A stretch of DNA of 64,000 nt. Source: Eledone cirrhosa (taxonomy: Eukaryota). Shown here one piece after another: positions 50,438 through 61,084 of this stretch (its first letter is position 1; each line of letters starts with the position of its first letter). The notes under the pieces were generated by a model. That model saw only the letters and a program-made list of their open reading frames with translations, searched no databases and was not told where the DNA came from. The position numbers and the translations under genes were made by a program. The stretch lies in the NCBI GenBank assembly GCA_964016885.1, contig OZ024741.1, positions 313,906,001 through 313,970,000 of the forward strand, given 5' to 3'.

Positions 50438-53400
50438 TTACAGACACATACTCAGAGAAGGCCCATTCATTCGGGCCATACTTGCTTCTCTCACCCATCT
50501 TTCAACAAAATGCTGGGAAGAGACCACTTCACTCTCTACCCTGATTTTCCTTTTCAAATGAAATTTGAAAAAGTTAATTAGGGCATCACCGAAGTGGTAA
50601 GTGCTCGTCTTCAGCCCTTTCAAACGTGTCCACCATACTATCTCTTTCGCCATGGCCACCAGACAGATAAAAACTGCCTGCCCTTCCCGGCTAAAGGAAG
50701 GGGGCGTGGCAATCCTCACGATGGACTCAGCTGATAGCTGGATCCGTCCTACACGTGACAGCAGGTGTTCGACATAAACCCACAAGTCAGCAATGCTCGG
50801 ACACTGGACGAGTGCATGCAGGACGGTTTCGTCGCCCTGCGCGCATCTCGGACATGCCCGGCTGACGGCACCTCCATGCGTGTAGAGTTTATCCCGAACT
50901 GGCAAAGCTCCTCGGTAGCACTGCCAGGCCAGGGATTTCTGGAAGTTGTCCATAGGCCCCGGCCCGAAAGTCCTTCCGAAGAGATTGGCTAGTTGATTTT
51001 CGTTGACGCCTAGAGTTTCTCCAAGTACGTCGTCGCTCTTCCCCTCCACTAATCCCCTATAGAACGCCAAGGTGGAGTTTCCACCGATCACATTGCCCGA
51101 TTGGACGAGGGCTGTGAGCGCCTGAAGACATTCCAGTCTCCAAGCGCTCCCTCTCGGTCTTCGCTTGACCCAGGAGTGCAGCTCCGTCAAGGAGACGAGT
51201 TGGGAAAAAACGTGTCTATCAAACGGCGACCACACCTGATCACCGTCGAGGAAGAGGTGGAGATGTCGTAGCCTGAGCGCGTGTCTGCGCATCATCAGCC
51301 ACGGCATGCCCAGCCCTCCACGTAGCGGGTGTTGACAGCAGATGGACCGCCTGACCATCGGAGCGCGTCCCTTCCACAAGAAGCGAAAGAGCAGACGCTC
51401 CAGCGCAGTCAGGCGGGGCTTAGGACAAGGTACGACGGTCAGGCGGTAGTAGATGACGGATGCGATGTACGCATTCGCCACCTCCGCTCGACCGTTCAGG
51501 GATAGCTTCCTCTCGGTCCATTTTTGGGTTAGAGAAGCCACCCTGCTCGTCACCTCGTCCCAGTTTTTGTCCGTCTGGAGGTCTGGACCGAACCAGACCC
51601 CTAGCAATTTAACCGGTCCGTCCGTCCAGCGCCCGACGACGCTGTTGGACGGCATGGACCTGCCTCTCCAGGTGCCGAGCTGCAGGCCCACTGACCTTTC
51701 CTGGTTGATCATTGCTCCTGTCACCGCCTCGTATTCTCTTAGTGTAGTGCCGATCGCCTCAATTGTTTGGCGTTCGACACCACTACGGTGACATCGTCGG
51801 CATATGCTGACACGGATCTTCCGCATCCTAGTTCGCGCGGGACCCCCCTCAACGTCTCCAGTTTGTGCAGTAATGGCTCGAGAGTCAATACGTACAATAG
51901 GGACGAGAGGGGACATCCTTGGCGGACCGAGCGCATGATGTTGAACGGTTCCGAAAGGTGACCGTTCACTCTCACTACAGAGCAGATGTCGCTGTGCATG
52001 GCAGCGATCCAGCCTCTGAAGACGGGCCCAAAGCCAGCCGCCCTCATGACTGCCGCTAGGTAACGATGGTCGACCCTATCGAAGGCTTTCGACTGATCTA
52101 AATTGATCAAAGACCCACCCGTGCCAGGTTCCCTAGCTACCCTCTCTACGATGTATCGCATGACTTGGAGGTTGTCGTGGATGGATCTGTCGGGAATGGC
52201 GCATGTCTGTGCCTCTCCCACCAGACCACCAACGACAAGCGCCAACCTCTTTGCTAGCACCTTGGCCAAAATCTTGAACTCTGTGTTTAGCAGAGTTATG
52301 GGCCTAAAATTATCTATGTTATCCCCCTTGTTCGGATCCTTTCTCAGCAGCGCCACCGCTCCTCGGCTCACAGAGCTGGGAATTCTCCCGTTCTGTTGCC
52401 AGTTGCAGTAGACGTTCGCCAAGAGGCCTCCGAACAATTTTGGCATTTGTACGTAAAGTTCATAGGGCAGACCATCCAAACCAGGCGATTTACCCCTTGT
52501 GCAACTAGTCATTGCATCCCGTACTTCAGCGGTTGTTATCGGCTTTTCGCAACACTCCGCCTCAGTGGCCGAAAGCCGCGGCAGTCCGTCCTCGATCCGG
52601 CCCGCCACTGCCCCCGAACAGTTGAGCGAAGTGTCGCTGAAAAGCTTCACACATTTGCCCGGGATCGAGTAGCATGCGCCCGTCGTGGTCCACCAAAGAC
52701 TGGATCGTGGCTTTGTTGCCACGACGCGCCTCCGCCACTCGGGCCCATTGAACGGCTTTCGTCCCCTCGTATCTGAGAGCACGCACCCTAGCTCTGACAA
52801 CGCAGCCTTCGTGCTTTGCATTGAAGAATTGGTCAAGGGCCAATTTCGCCGCAAGTACGTCGGTCGCGATGCCTTTGCTAAGCGCCTCATCTAATTTTCT
52901 AACTAATTCTCCCTCTGCTCTATTTTTCTCTATTGCTAAAGTCTTACTAAACCTAATGGACTCTATTCTAATTGCTCTTTTCAGAGCAAACCACCACTTG
53001 TTGTTGACGATGGCCCCGGTCAACGCCCGCTTAACTAGTTCGCTAATCCGGTCTCTGTAGGCCTTGCGCGCTGGTAAGGACGCGTTTAGCTTCCAGTAGC
53101 CGGGTCCTTGTCTATGAAGCCTATCTAAGTCAAGCACACAGATCACGAATTTGTGGTCCGTGTAGCTGACTATCTTGAATTGTGGACAGCCTATGCTAGA
53201 CCTATCTATTTCCCTACAAAATACTCTATCTAGATATGATCTGGATGACCCTATGCGATTTGTCCAAGTCCACATTGGTACATTCGGGAAATCCATTCGG
53301 TACCTGTCAGACAGTTCAAAACATCTGAGCAGGTTGGTGAGACTCTTGCACCCTCCTTCCTATCCACTAATCCCACACAATCACAACGTGCATCTAACAT

Positions 53401-53832
53401 CCCGTTCCAGTCGCCCACTAACACTAAAGAGCGGGACGTTCCAAGAAAGGTCTCCAGACGCCGGAAAAAATCAGGCCGCCCTGCTCCTGTCGGAGCATAG
53501 ACGGCCACTAACCTGAAAGCTTGCCCGTCTCCGCTGGTCACGTCCAGCACCACCAACTTACCTTCTGGGTCCAGGAAGATGGCCCGTATGGCAAGATCCA
53601 AACCTCTCCGAAAAAGCACAGCAACTCCTCCCCCCGATCCCGGACGGCTGGGAGATGCGTACACATCGTAGCCGCCGAAGATCGGTGCGAAAGCCTGTGC
53701 TTCGGAGATTCTGGTCTCGCTGATGGCCACTACATCTATGTTTAGTGACCTGAGGTCGTTGAGCAGGTGGCCCTGCTTCCATGACGACCCCAAGCCACGA
53801 GCATTTATGCTGCCTCTTCTGAGTGAGGTCAT
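50438..53832 (-). pseudogene. Tx1 ORF2: APE endonuclease + RT + C-terminal zinc finger, ~3 frameshifts
   Basis: GSINARGL, ISETR, VGDWN, YLDRVF, TDHK; SPGLDGL, RPITLLN, DQSKAFD, RQGCPLS, YADD; CPRC...H...C. Confidence 0.93.
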
Positions 53833-53866
53833 GTTGAAAAGGAGTGGAAAAGATGGGAAAGACCAC

Positions 53867-55852
53867 TTACCTTACTTCTCGTAGGGGAAGGACGGTTTTT
53901 CCATCCTTTTCACTGCTTGTGGCCTCCTCAGGAAGTATGTCCTTATAAATCCTCCTGGAGAGTGCTTGTCGGAAGTCTCCGATGTCTTTGGGGAATTTTT
54001 GTTTTAGTGTCATGTACGTTTTCTGTGTGATGCGAGTGATTTGTATGTGTGGAGGTGGTGTGAATTTTGTGGTTGTTGTGTAGTCTTTTTCTGTGATGCT
54101 GGTGTTGTGTTGGATGTAGTGTAATAATTGGTTGTTGTTCAAATTTAATGCTGTGTAGTGTGTATCGTTTTGGTTGTTTTGTTTTGTTTGCGTTTGTTGT
54201 GGGTTTGTTTCTGTTTCGCATTTTGGTGACTTTTGTGGTGTAGGTGATGGTGGTGTTGGGGTTAATGATGGTGATGGTGTTGGTGTTTGGGTTGATGGGG
54301 TTGGTGATGCTGGTGTGGATGGTGGCATATCTGTCCTAACTTTTTTGTTTCTTAATTTATTTGTTTCCCTCTGTATTTTGTTTTTGGAGGGGGAAGGAAG
54401 AGAATTTTTTCTTTTTTGGTTTCTTTTTTTTTTCCGGATATCGTTTCGCACTCCTCGTCGTCACAATCTGTCTCCAGTTGTGATAGGCCGGGGAGTGGAA
54501 AATCCTCCACAGCCTTTAGTTTTGGTTGTGGCGTGGGGGATGGTGTAGGCGCTGGTGCTAGTTCTGAAGCGTTGGGTGGTGGTGGTGTTGGTTTTGCTGG
54601 TGGTGGTGTTGGTGTTGGTTTTGCTACTGTTGCTGGGGTTGTTGCTGTTATAGTTGCTTCTGTTGTTGCTGCTACAGTTGTTGCTGCCATCTCTGCTACT
54701 GGTGGTGTTGATGGTTGTGTCACTGGGGTGGGTAGGAGAGGTGGCCTCAACCTTTTAGCCTGAGGGCAGAAAGCCCTTAGGTGGGTTTCTTCACCACAAC
54801 AACACACCTAGGTCTTCTGCCCTCGACAATTACCGTGAGGTGGCTGCCGTCAGTGAGGTCTATTACCTCTGGGATCTCCTCAATGCTTTTTTGGTCCGCT
54901 TGGATCAGGAGCTCCATCCCAGATCCGGACCAGTTTTCCTGTCTTTCTTTTGCTATTGCTATTATTTTCGTGTTGGCTTCGATGCCGGCGAGGACGGCCG
55001 CTATTAGCAAGGGAATTTCGATGGCCGGTGGAACGTGGGTCACCCTGATCTTTACGAGTCTCTGGCCACAATAGCTTGGGACGAGTGTGAAGTCGTCACA
55101 TTTTAATGGGGCCATGGAGTGTTTTCTAGCCTCCTCTGGTGTTTCAAAGAACACGTCCACGGTTCCATACTTTGCCCACGTCTGATGTGGGTTTTTCTTG
55201 CCCACACATGTCCCAAAGCTTTTTGGATTTGGGACTCGGATGCCCGTTCCACTCGGCGCGATTTTACATTTATTGTTCTATACGACACGGTGCATAGGCG
55301 CCGATGCTCCATTTTATTAGGTGGGGGGAGGGTGAGGCTGACCCTGTACCCATCTTTCTTTACCATTTGTTTGGCATTTTCTAAATCTTCCTGAGTTACC
55401 GTAAATGTTTCGAATTGTTTTGCTACTCTGGCGAAACTGAGGGGGGGTTTTATAATGTCATTGTTGTTGTTGTTGCTATCGTTAATATTAATTTTAGTTT
55501 CAGTTGTGGTTGTGGTGACGTCAGTCGTCTTTGGTAGGGAAGAGTCCATTTTGCTTGATTTCATTTCGACATCACGAGTTAATTTATTTTTTTCTTCTTT
55601 TGTTTCTGTTGTCGCGGTGGTGGTGGTGGTGGTGGTTGTCGCGGTGGTGGTGGTGGTGGAGGCTTTAACACCTGCAGTCATTGGTAATGGCGGGAAATGA
55701 ATGTCTGCCTGAGACAAATTTAAAATATTGCTACTGCTTATATTTTTTTTTGTGTTGGCAAACGTAGTAACATTTACAATGATGGTGTCGGTGTGAGGTG
55801 TTAATTTGTGAGGAAGGCTTTCAGCTGCTTGTTGCAGAGGTGAATTAGCCAT
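53867..55852 (-). pseudogene. Tx1 ORF1 (nucleic-acid binding, CCHC knuckle, Pro/Thr-rich linker), frameshifted
   Basis: ATG at 55852 (MANSP...); fragments 55103-55852, 54777-55205, 54352-54807, 53867-54451; RPRC..CG...HLRAFC. Confidence 0.85.
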
Positions 55853-56060
55853 TTTTTTTTCAAAGAAATTTTTGATAATAATAAAAGTTAAAATTTTGGG
55901 CACAAGGCCCCAATCTTTTTGGGCGTCCTTTTCGGAAAACAATGTATGTGTGCTTATAAACAGTTAACAATAAAATTTTCCATAAATGGCAGTTTTTAAC
56001 AAACGGAAATAACAAACCTTTGCGGAGCTCACGATGATACGATTTACTACGTAGGTCGCC

Positions 56061-56110
<50 letters not shown>

Positions 56111-56112
<2 letters not shown>

Positions 56113-57138
56113 TCAGCATAGAGGACTGTGTTCAGATGGAGAAAAACAACCTATACAAATACGTGACCTATAGTAAGGAGCCAATGCTCAGAACTGTACT
56201 GAAGGAGGGGACAGTAGGCCAGGGGATGTCCAAGGAGGAAATAACATCAAGGAGGAAGAGCAGCCTTAAGGGAAAATCCCTTCATAGTACCTTCTTTGAG
56301 AAAACTGAATTTAGAGATCCACAGACATGGAACTGGTTGAGAAGAGGAGACCTCAAAAAGGCTACAGAAGGAATGCTAATGGCTGCGCAGGAGCAGGCCC
56401 TCAAAACGAAGTGGTTGAAGCACCATATCTACAAGGAGGAGGCTAGCCCACTGTGCAGGATCTGTGGAGAGAGAGAGGAGACTGTGGCTCACATTGTGTC
56501 CGAGTGTAAACACCTAGCCCAGACCCACTATAAGGGCTGGAGACACGATGTGATGGGCAGGGTGATCCACTGGCACCTGTGCAAAGTAAACAATTTACCA
56601 CATTCTGAGAAATGGTATGAGCATAGGCCAGAGGCGGTGATGGAGAACAATCAGGTGAAGGTGCTGTGGGATTTTAGGATACAGACGGACAAAAAACTGG
56701 AACACAATAGACCTGACCTGGTGGTTGTGGACAAAGAAAAAAGATCGCGCCTGATTGTGGATGTGGCCTGCCCGTTCGACACGAGAGTGCAAGAGAAGGA
56801 GAGGGAGAAAATTAACCGATACCAGGACCTAAAGTGGGAGGTGAAAAGGATTTGGAACTGCCATGAAGTCAAAGTGATCCCGATTGTCATAGGCGCACTG
56901 GGGACTATCTCCAAAAGTTTCCAGGGATGGTTATAGAAAATCGGCCCCTTCACGCTTTTTGGAACGCTTCAAAAGGCATGCTTGCTTGGAACAGCAAGAA
57001 CCCTCCGATACGTCCTGAATATCTGAGGCTGCAGGTAGTGGCTTGATATTCAATCCAACGGACTTTCCAGTTAACCAACATCAATGACTGAGATTCAAGG
57101 AATAACAATAACAATAATAATAATAATAATAATAATAA
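56111..57138 (+). mobile_element. Young 5'-truncated R4/Dong-like copy between two (AAT)n tracts
   Basis: Nearly identical to 59092-60080. Confidence 0.95.
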
Positions 57139-60113
57139 GGACAAGATTCGGTTGACATCCTAAATTTAGTGGTAGATGAATTGAACAATGATAGTGGGAG
57201 ACCTATGAACCTAAGATTTGTAGACAGGACAAAGTTAAAAGAAACAACAGCTAAGGTAAACAAAGTCATCCCATACCTTGAGGCGAGGAGCCTTCACCAG
57301 TGCAACAATATCCTCAAAGCAACAGCAAATACGGTGTATAAAAGCGAGAGGAAACAACAGACAAGAAAGAGCAGAGCCGTGGTGGAAGAAACGACTGAGT
57401 AGTCAAATCGGTGAAATGAGAAATGACATAGGAAAGCTTGAGTCACTACTGAATGGGACACTAAAAAACAAAGGCACTAAAAATAGACTGGAAATAAAGT
57501 ACAAAACTAGGAGGAAAAAGCTAAATATTATCATAGAGGAACTGAAGCAACGCATTGTAGCAAAGAGTGCAAAAATCAGGCGATACGAGAACAGAGTCAG
57601 TCAGTATAAACAGAACCGCATGTTCGACAACAACCAGAAGATGCTGTTTGGACAGCTTGAGGGGAAAGAAAGAGGCAACGACTTGATCCCTGGGGCGGAG
57701 CAAACTAAAACATTCTGGAAAGGAATATGGGAGCAGGATGTTAGACATAATGTCCAGGCAGGGTGGATTGAGACAGTACAGAGGGAGATCGGTGAGCAGG
57801 CACACCAACAAACTGATTTGAGTATCACAGTTGAAACTCTTAAGGGGCAGGCCAAAAAACTAACCAACTGGAAATCACCAGGCCCAGATGGTGTGCAGGG
57901 GTATTGGATTAAAAATTTAACATCCCTCCACCCGAAGCTGACGGCCATGTTCAATGACTGCTTGGTGTCGGGTGAGGTGCCAGAGTGGTTGACAAAAGGT
58001 ACCACAGTTCTGATAATGAAAGACCGAATCAAGGGTAATGATGTTACCAACTATAGACCTATCACATGTCTGTCCGTAATGTGGAAACTGTTGACGAGCA
58101 TTGTGTCTGAGGAAATCTACCATCACCTCCACACAAACAACTTGTTACCGGACGAACAGAAAGGATGCCGAAAGAAGTCACGTGGTACAAAGGACCAGTT
58201 ACTTATTGATAAGATGGTAATGGGGAATTGCAGGAGGAGACACACTGATCTTGCCATGGGATGGATAGACTACAGAAAGGCATTTGACATGGTGCCTCAT
58301 TTTTGGATCACCAAAAGCCTGGAGATCTTCAGGGTGGCAGATAACATCAGACAGTTGCTGGGCAGGAGTATGGGGTCCTGGGAGACAGAGTTGACATCAA
58401 CTGGAGTATCCTTGGGAAGCGTGAAGATCAAGAGAGGTATCTTCCAGGGAGATAGCCTGTCCCCTCTGTTGTTTGTCCTTGCCCTGATGCCCTTGACCAT
58501 TATGCTGCGAAAAGTGAGAGCAGGATACAAGTTGGGAAAGGGAGAGCTTACCATCAATCACCTCCTCTTCATGGACGATCTTAAGCTCTTCGGGAAAAGT
58601 GAGAAAGAGTTGGATGTGCTTGTTGACACTGTCCGTATTTTCAGCAGTGATATATGTATGCAGTTTGGTATTAGTAAATGTGGAGTCATTGTGATGAGGA
58701 GGGGTAGGTTGAGCAGAAGTAACGGGATCCAGATACCAACAGGTGAGATGATAAAGGAAATTGACTCTGAGGAAGGATACAAGTATTTGGGCGTTCTGGA
58801 GGCTGATGGCATAAAGAACAAAAAAATGAAGGGATTGTTAAGAACTGAATACATTCGGAGAGTAGGGAGCGTATTGAAGTCACATCTGAACAGCAGAAAT
58901 GCCATAAGCGCAGTAAATTCCCGAGCTGTGTCTATTATTAGGTACAGTGCGGGAATTCTGAGATGGAATGTTGCTGAACAAAAAGAAATGGATAGGAAGA
59001 CTAGGAAGCTATTGACTATCTCCAACATGTTCCACAAGAGGAGTGATGTCGATAGACTCTACCTAAGGAGATCTGAGGGTGGAAGAGGTCTTATCAGCAT
59101 AGAGGACTGTGTTCAGATGGAGAAAAACAACCTATACAAATACGTGACCTATAGTAAGGAGCCAATGCTCAGAACTGTACTGAAGGAGGGGACAGTAGGC
59201 CAGGGGATGTCCAAGGAGGAAATAACATCAAGGAGGAAGAGCAGCCTTAAGGGAAAATCCCTTCATAGTACCTTCTTTGAGAAAACTGAATTTAGAGATC
59301 CACAGACATGGAACTGGTTGAGAAGAGGAGACCTCAAAAAGGCTACAGAAGGAATGCTAATGGCTGCGCAGGAGCAGGCCCTCAAAACGAAGTGGTTGAA
59401 GCACCATATCTACAAGGAGGAGGCTAGCCCACTGTGCAGGATCTGTGGAGAGAGAGAGGAGACTGTGGCTCACATTGTGTCCGAGTGTAAACACCTAGCC
59501 CAGACCCACTATAAGGGCTGGAGACACGATGTGATGGGCAGGGTGATCCACTGGCACCTGTGCAAAGTAAACAATTTACCACATTCTGAGAAATGGTATG
59601 AGCATAGGCCAGAGGCGGTGATGGAGAACAATCAGGTGAAGGTGCTGTGGGATTTTAGGATACAGACGGACAAAAAACTGGAACACAATAGACCTGACCT
59701 GGTGGTTGTGGACAAAGAAAAAAGATCGTGTCTGATTGTGGATGTGGCCTGCCCTTTCGACACGAGAGTGCAAGAGAAGGAGAGGGAGAAAATTAACCGA
59801 TACAAGGACTTAAAGTGGGAGGTGAAAAGGATTTGGAACTGCCATGAAGTCAAAGTGATCCCGATTGTCATAGGCGCACTGGGGACTATCTCCAAAAGTT
59901 TCCAGGGATGGTTAAAGAAAATCGGCCCCTTCACGCTTTTTGGAACGCTTCAAAAGGCATGCTTGCTTGGAACAGCAAGAACCCTCCGATACGTCCTGAA
60001 TATCTGAGGCTGCAGGTAGTGGCTTGATATTCATTCCAACAGACTTTCCAGTTAACCAACATCAATGACTGAGATTCAAGGAATAACAACAATAATAATA
60101 ATAATAATAATAA
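57139..60113 (+). mobile_element. Young 5'-truncated R4/Dong-like RLE retrotransposon, (AAC/AAT)n tail
   Basis: Starts immediately after an (AAT)n tract; long intact ORF; 3' UTR. Confidence 0.96.
57278..60007 (+). CDS. Retrotransposon polyprotein, N-terminally truncated: RT + CCHC + restriction-like endonuclease
   Basis: 909 aa open frame: WKSPGPDG, YRPITCL, WIDYRKAFD, IFQGDSLSP, FMDD, CRICG..H...C, RPD...D...K. The first ~20 aa are out of the true frame. Confidence 0.93.
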   Translation: MRRGAFTSATISSKQQQIRCIKARGNNRQERAEPWWKKRLSSQIGEMRNDIGKLESLLNGTLKNKGTKNRLEIKYKTRRKKLNIIIEELKQRIVAKSAKIRRYENRVSQYKQNRMFDNNQKMLFGQLEGKERGNDLIPGAEQTKTFWKGIWEQDVRHNVQAGWIETVQREIGEQAHQQTDLSITVETLKGQAKKLTNWKSPGPDGVQGYWIKNLTSLHPKLTAMFNDCLVSGEVPEWLTKGTTVLIMKDRIKGNDVTNYRPITCLSVMWKLLTSIVSEEIYHHLHTNNLLPDEQKGCRKKSRGTKDQLLIDKMVMGNCRRRHTDLAMGWIDYRKAFDMVPHFWITKSLEIFRVADNIRQLLGRSMGSWETELTSTGVSLGSVKIKRGIFQGDSLSPLLFVLALMPLTIMLRKVRAGYKLGKGELTINHLLFMDDLKLFGKSEKELDVLVDTVRIFSSDICMQFGISKCGVIVMRRGRLSRSNGIQIPTGEMIKEIDSEEGYKYLGVLEADGIKNKKMKGLLRTEYIRRVGSVLKSHLNSRNAISAVNSRAVSIIRYSAGILRWNVAEQKEMDRKTRKLLTISNMFHKRSDVDRLYLRRSEGGRGLISIEDCVQMEKNNLYKYVTYSKEPMLRTVLKEGTVGQGMSKEEITSRRKSSLKGKSLHSTFFEKTEFRDPQTWNWLRRGDLKKATEGMLMAAQEQALKTKWLKHHIYKEEASPLCRICGEREETVAHIVSECKHLAQTHYKGWRHDVMGRVIHWHLCKVNNLPHSEKWYEHRPEAVMENNQVKVLWDFRIQTDKKLEHNRPDLVVVDKEKRSCLIVDVACPFDTRVQEKEREKINRYKDLKWEVKRIWNCHEVKVIPIVIGALGTISKSFQGWLKKIGPFTLFGTLQKACLLGTARTLRYVLNI

Positions 60114-60952
60114 GATAAGGGAAGAAGACGCACGAGGTGACGGAAGGTCATGAAATCGCTCCCGTAAGTTTTGAATTTTTAACATATTTAAATCATTTGT
60201 GAAATAACAACTCTTAGTACAAATGCTACGTAAAGCATCGGCTTGAGCCCCAAAAAATTCGGACCCAAAATATACTGTTATAAGGCTCAAATATTCAAAT
60301 ATTCAACTTTGTATTGTACATTGTATATTCAAAAAAAAAAATGGCTATAAATGGAAGAAGAAACCCCCCCTCCTCTGTCTACGCTATATAGAACAGCCAA
60401 ACAACACCAGAAACTATATACAACACCTACCCCATCAACACTCTGTGTACACTAAACACAACAGCCAGATAACGGCAATTTCACCACCACCACTCACTAC
60501 TGCCATCATTACCACCACTATCCCATCACCGCCGCCACCACTCCTTCATTGCTACCACCGCTACAACACCATCACTACAGTAATACGATCACGTCAACAC
60601 CACCACTGCCTCGGTATCGACATCACCACCACCACTGTCTCAGTATCGATACCGCCGCTACTGTCTCCCACATCTCCCCGCCGCCACCACTCCTTCAATG
60701 CTACCACCACTATTCCCCTGTTAACTTGAGAGAGAAAGGGGAAGGTGGCGGTATCACTAGACAAAGGAGAGGCTAGCAAAAGATATAAATAGATTGACTT
60801 AGTGACCTGGCCAAGGCCAAACGACAATATCAACAAATATGGGACTGCTGGCTCACCCCTTCCTCACCAACAATATAAAAAGCCCCGGCACCACCACCGA
60901 CATAGCCAACAACAATAACAGCCAACTCCAACAAAACGTATATTATATTATT

Positions 60953-61002
60953 GTAATGCACTGGGTGATTGCTGGCCTTGTGCCTGGAGTGGAGACAATT
61001 AT
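60953..61002 (+). mobile_element. SINE 3' tail fragment
   Basis: gtaatgcactgggtgattgctggccttgtgcctggagtggagacaattatt. Confidence 0.8.
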
Positions 61003-61084
61003 TAATAATTTCATTCTTAAGCCACGCAATGCTCACATTAAGGAACCACTCATGATAATAACAATTTAAAAAAAACAACAAAAA

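Larger units (their letters stand above)
38475..51798. repeat. Tandem segmental duplication, ~6644 bp period, nearly identical units
   Basis: The ORF track repeats with offset 6644. Differences seen: three substitutions and one AAT unit. Confidence 0.97.
50194..56060 (-). mobile_element. Apparently full-length Tx1-clade (L1 group) non-LTR retrotransposon, ~5.87 kb, flanked by (ATT)n on both sides
   Basis: 5' UTR, ORF1, spacer, ORF2, 3' UTR with AATAAA; (AAT)n at 50170-50193 and 56061-56111. Confidence 0.95.

Noticed and set aside
57521-59934. Antisense ORFs over retrotransposon coding regions (also throughout 26000-55700)
   Set aside because: Shadow frames of RT/APE/RLE genes with no recognisable domains.
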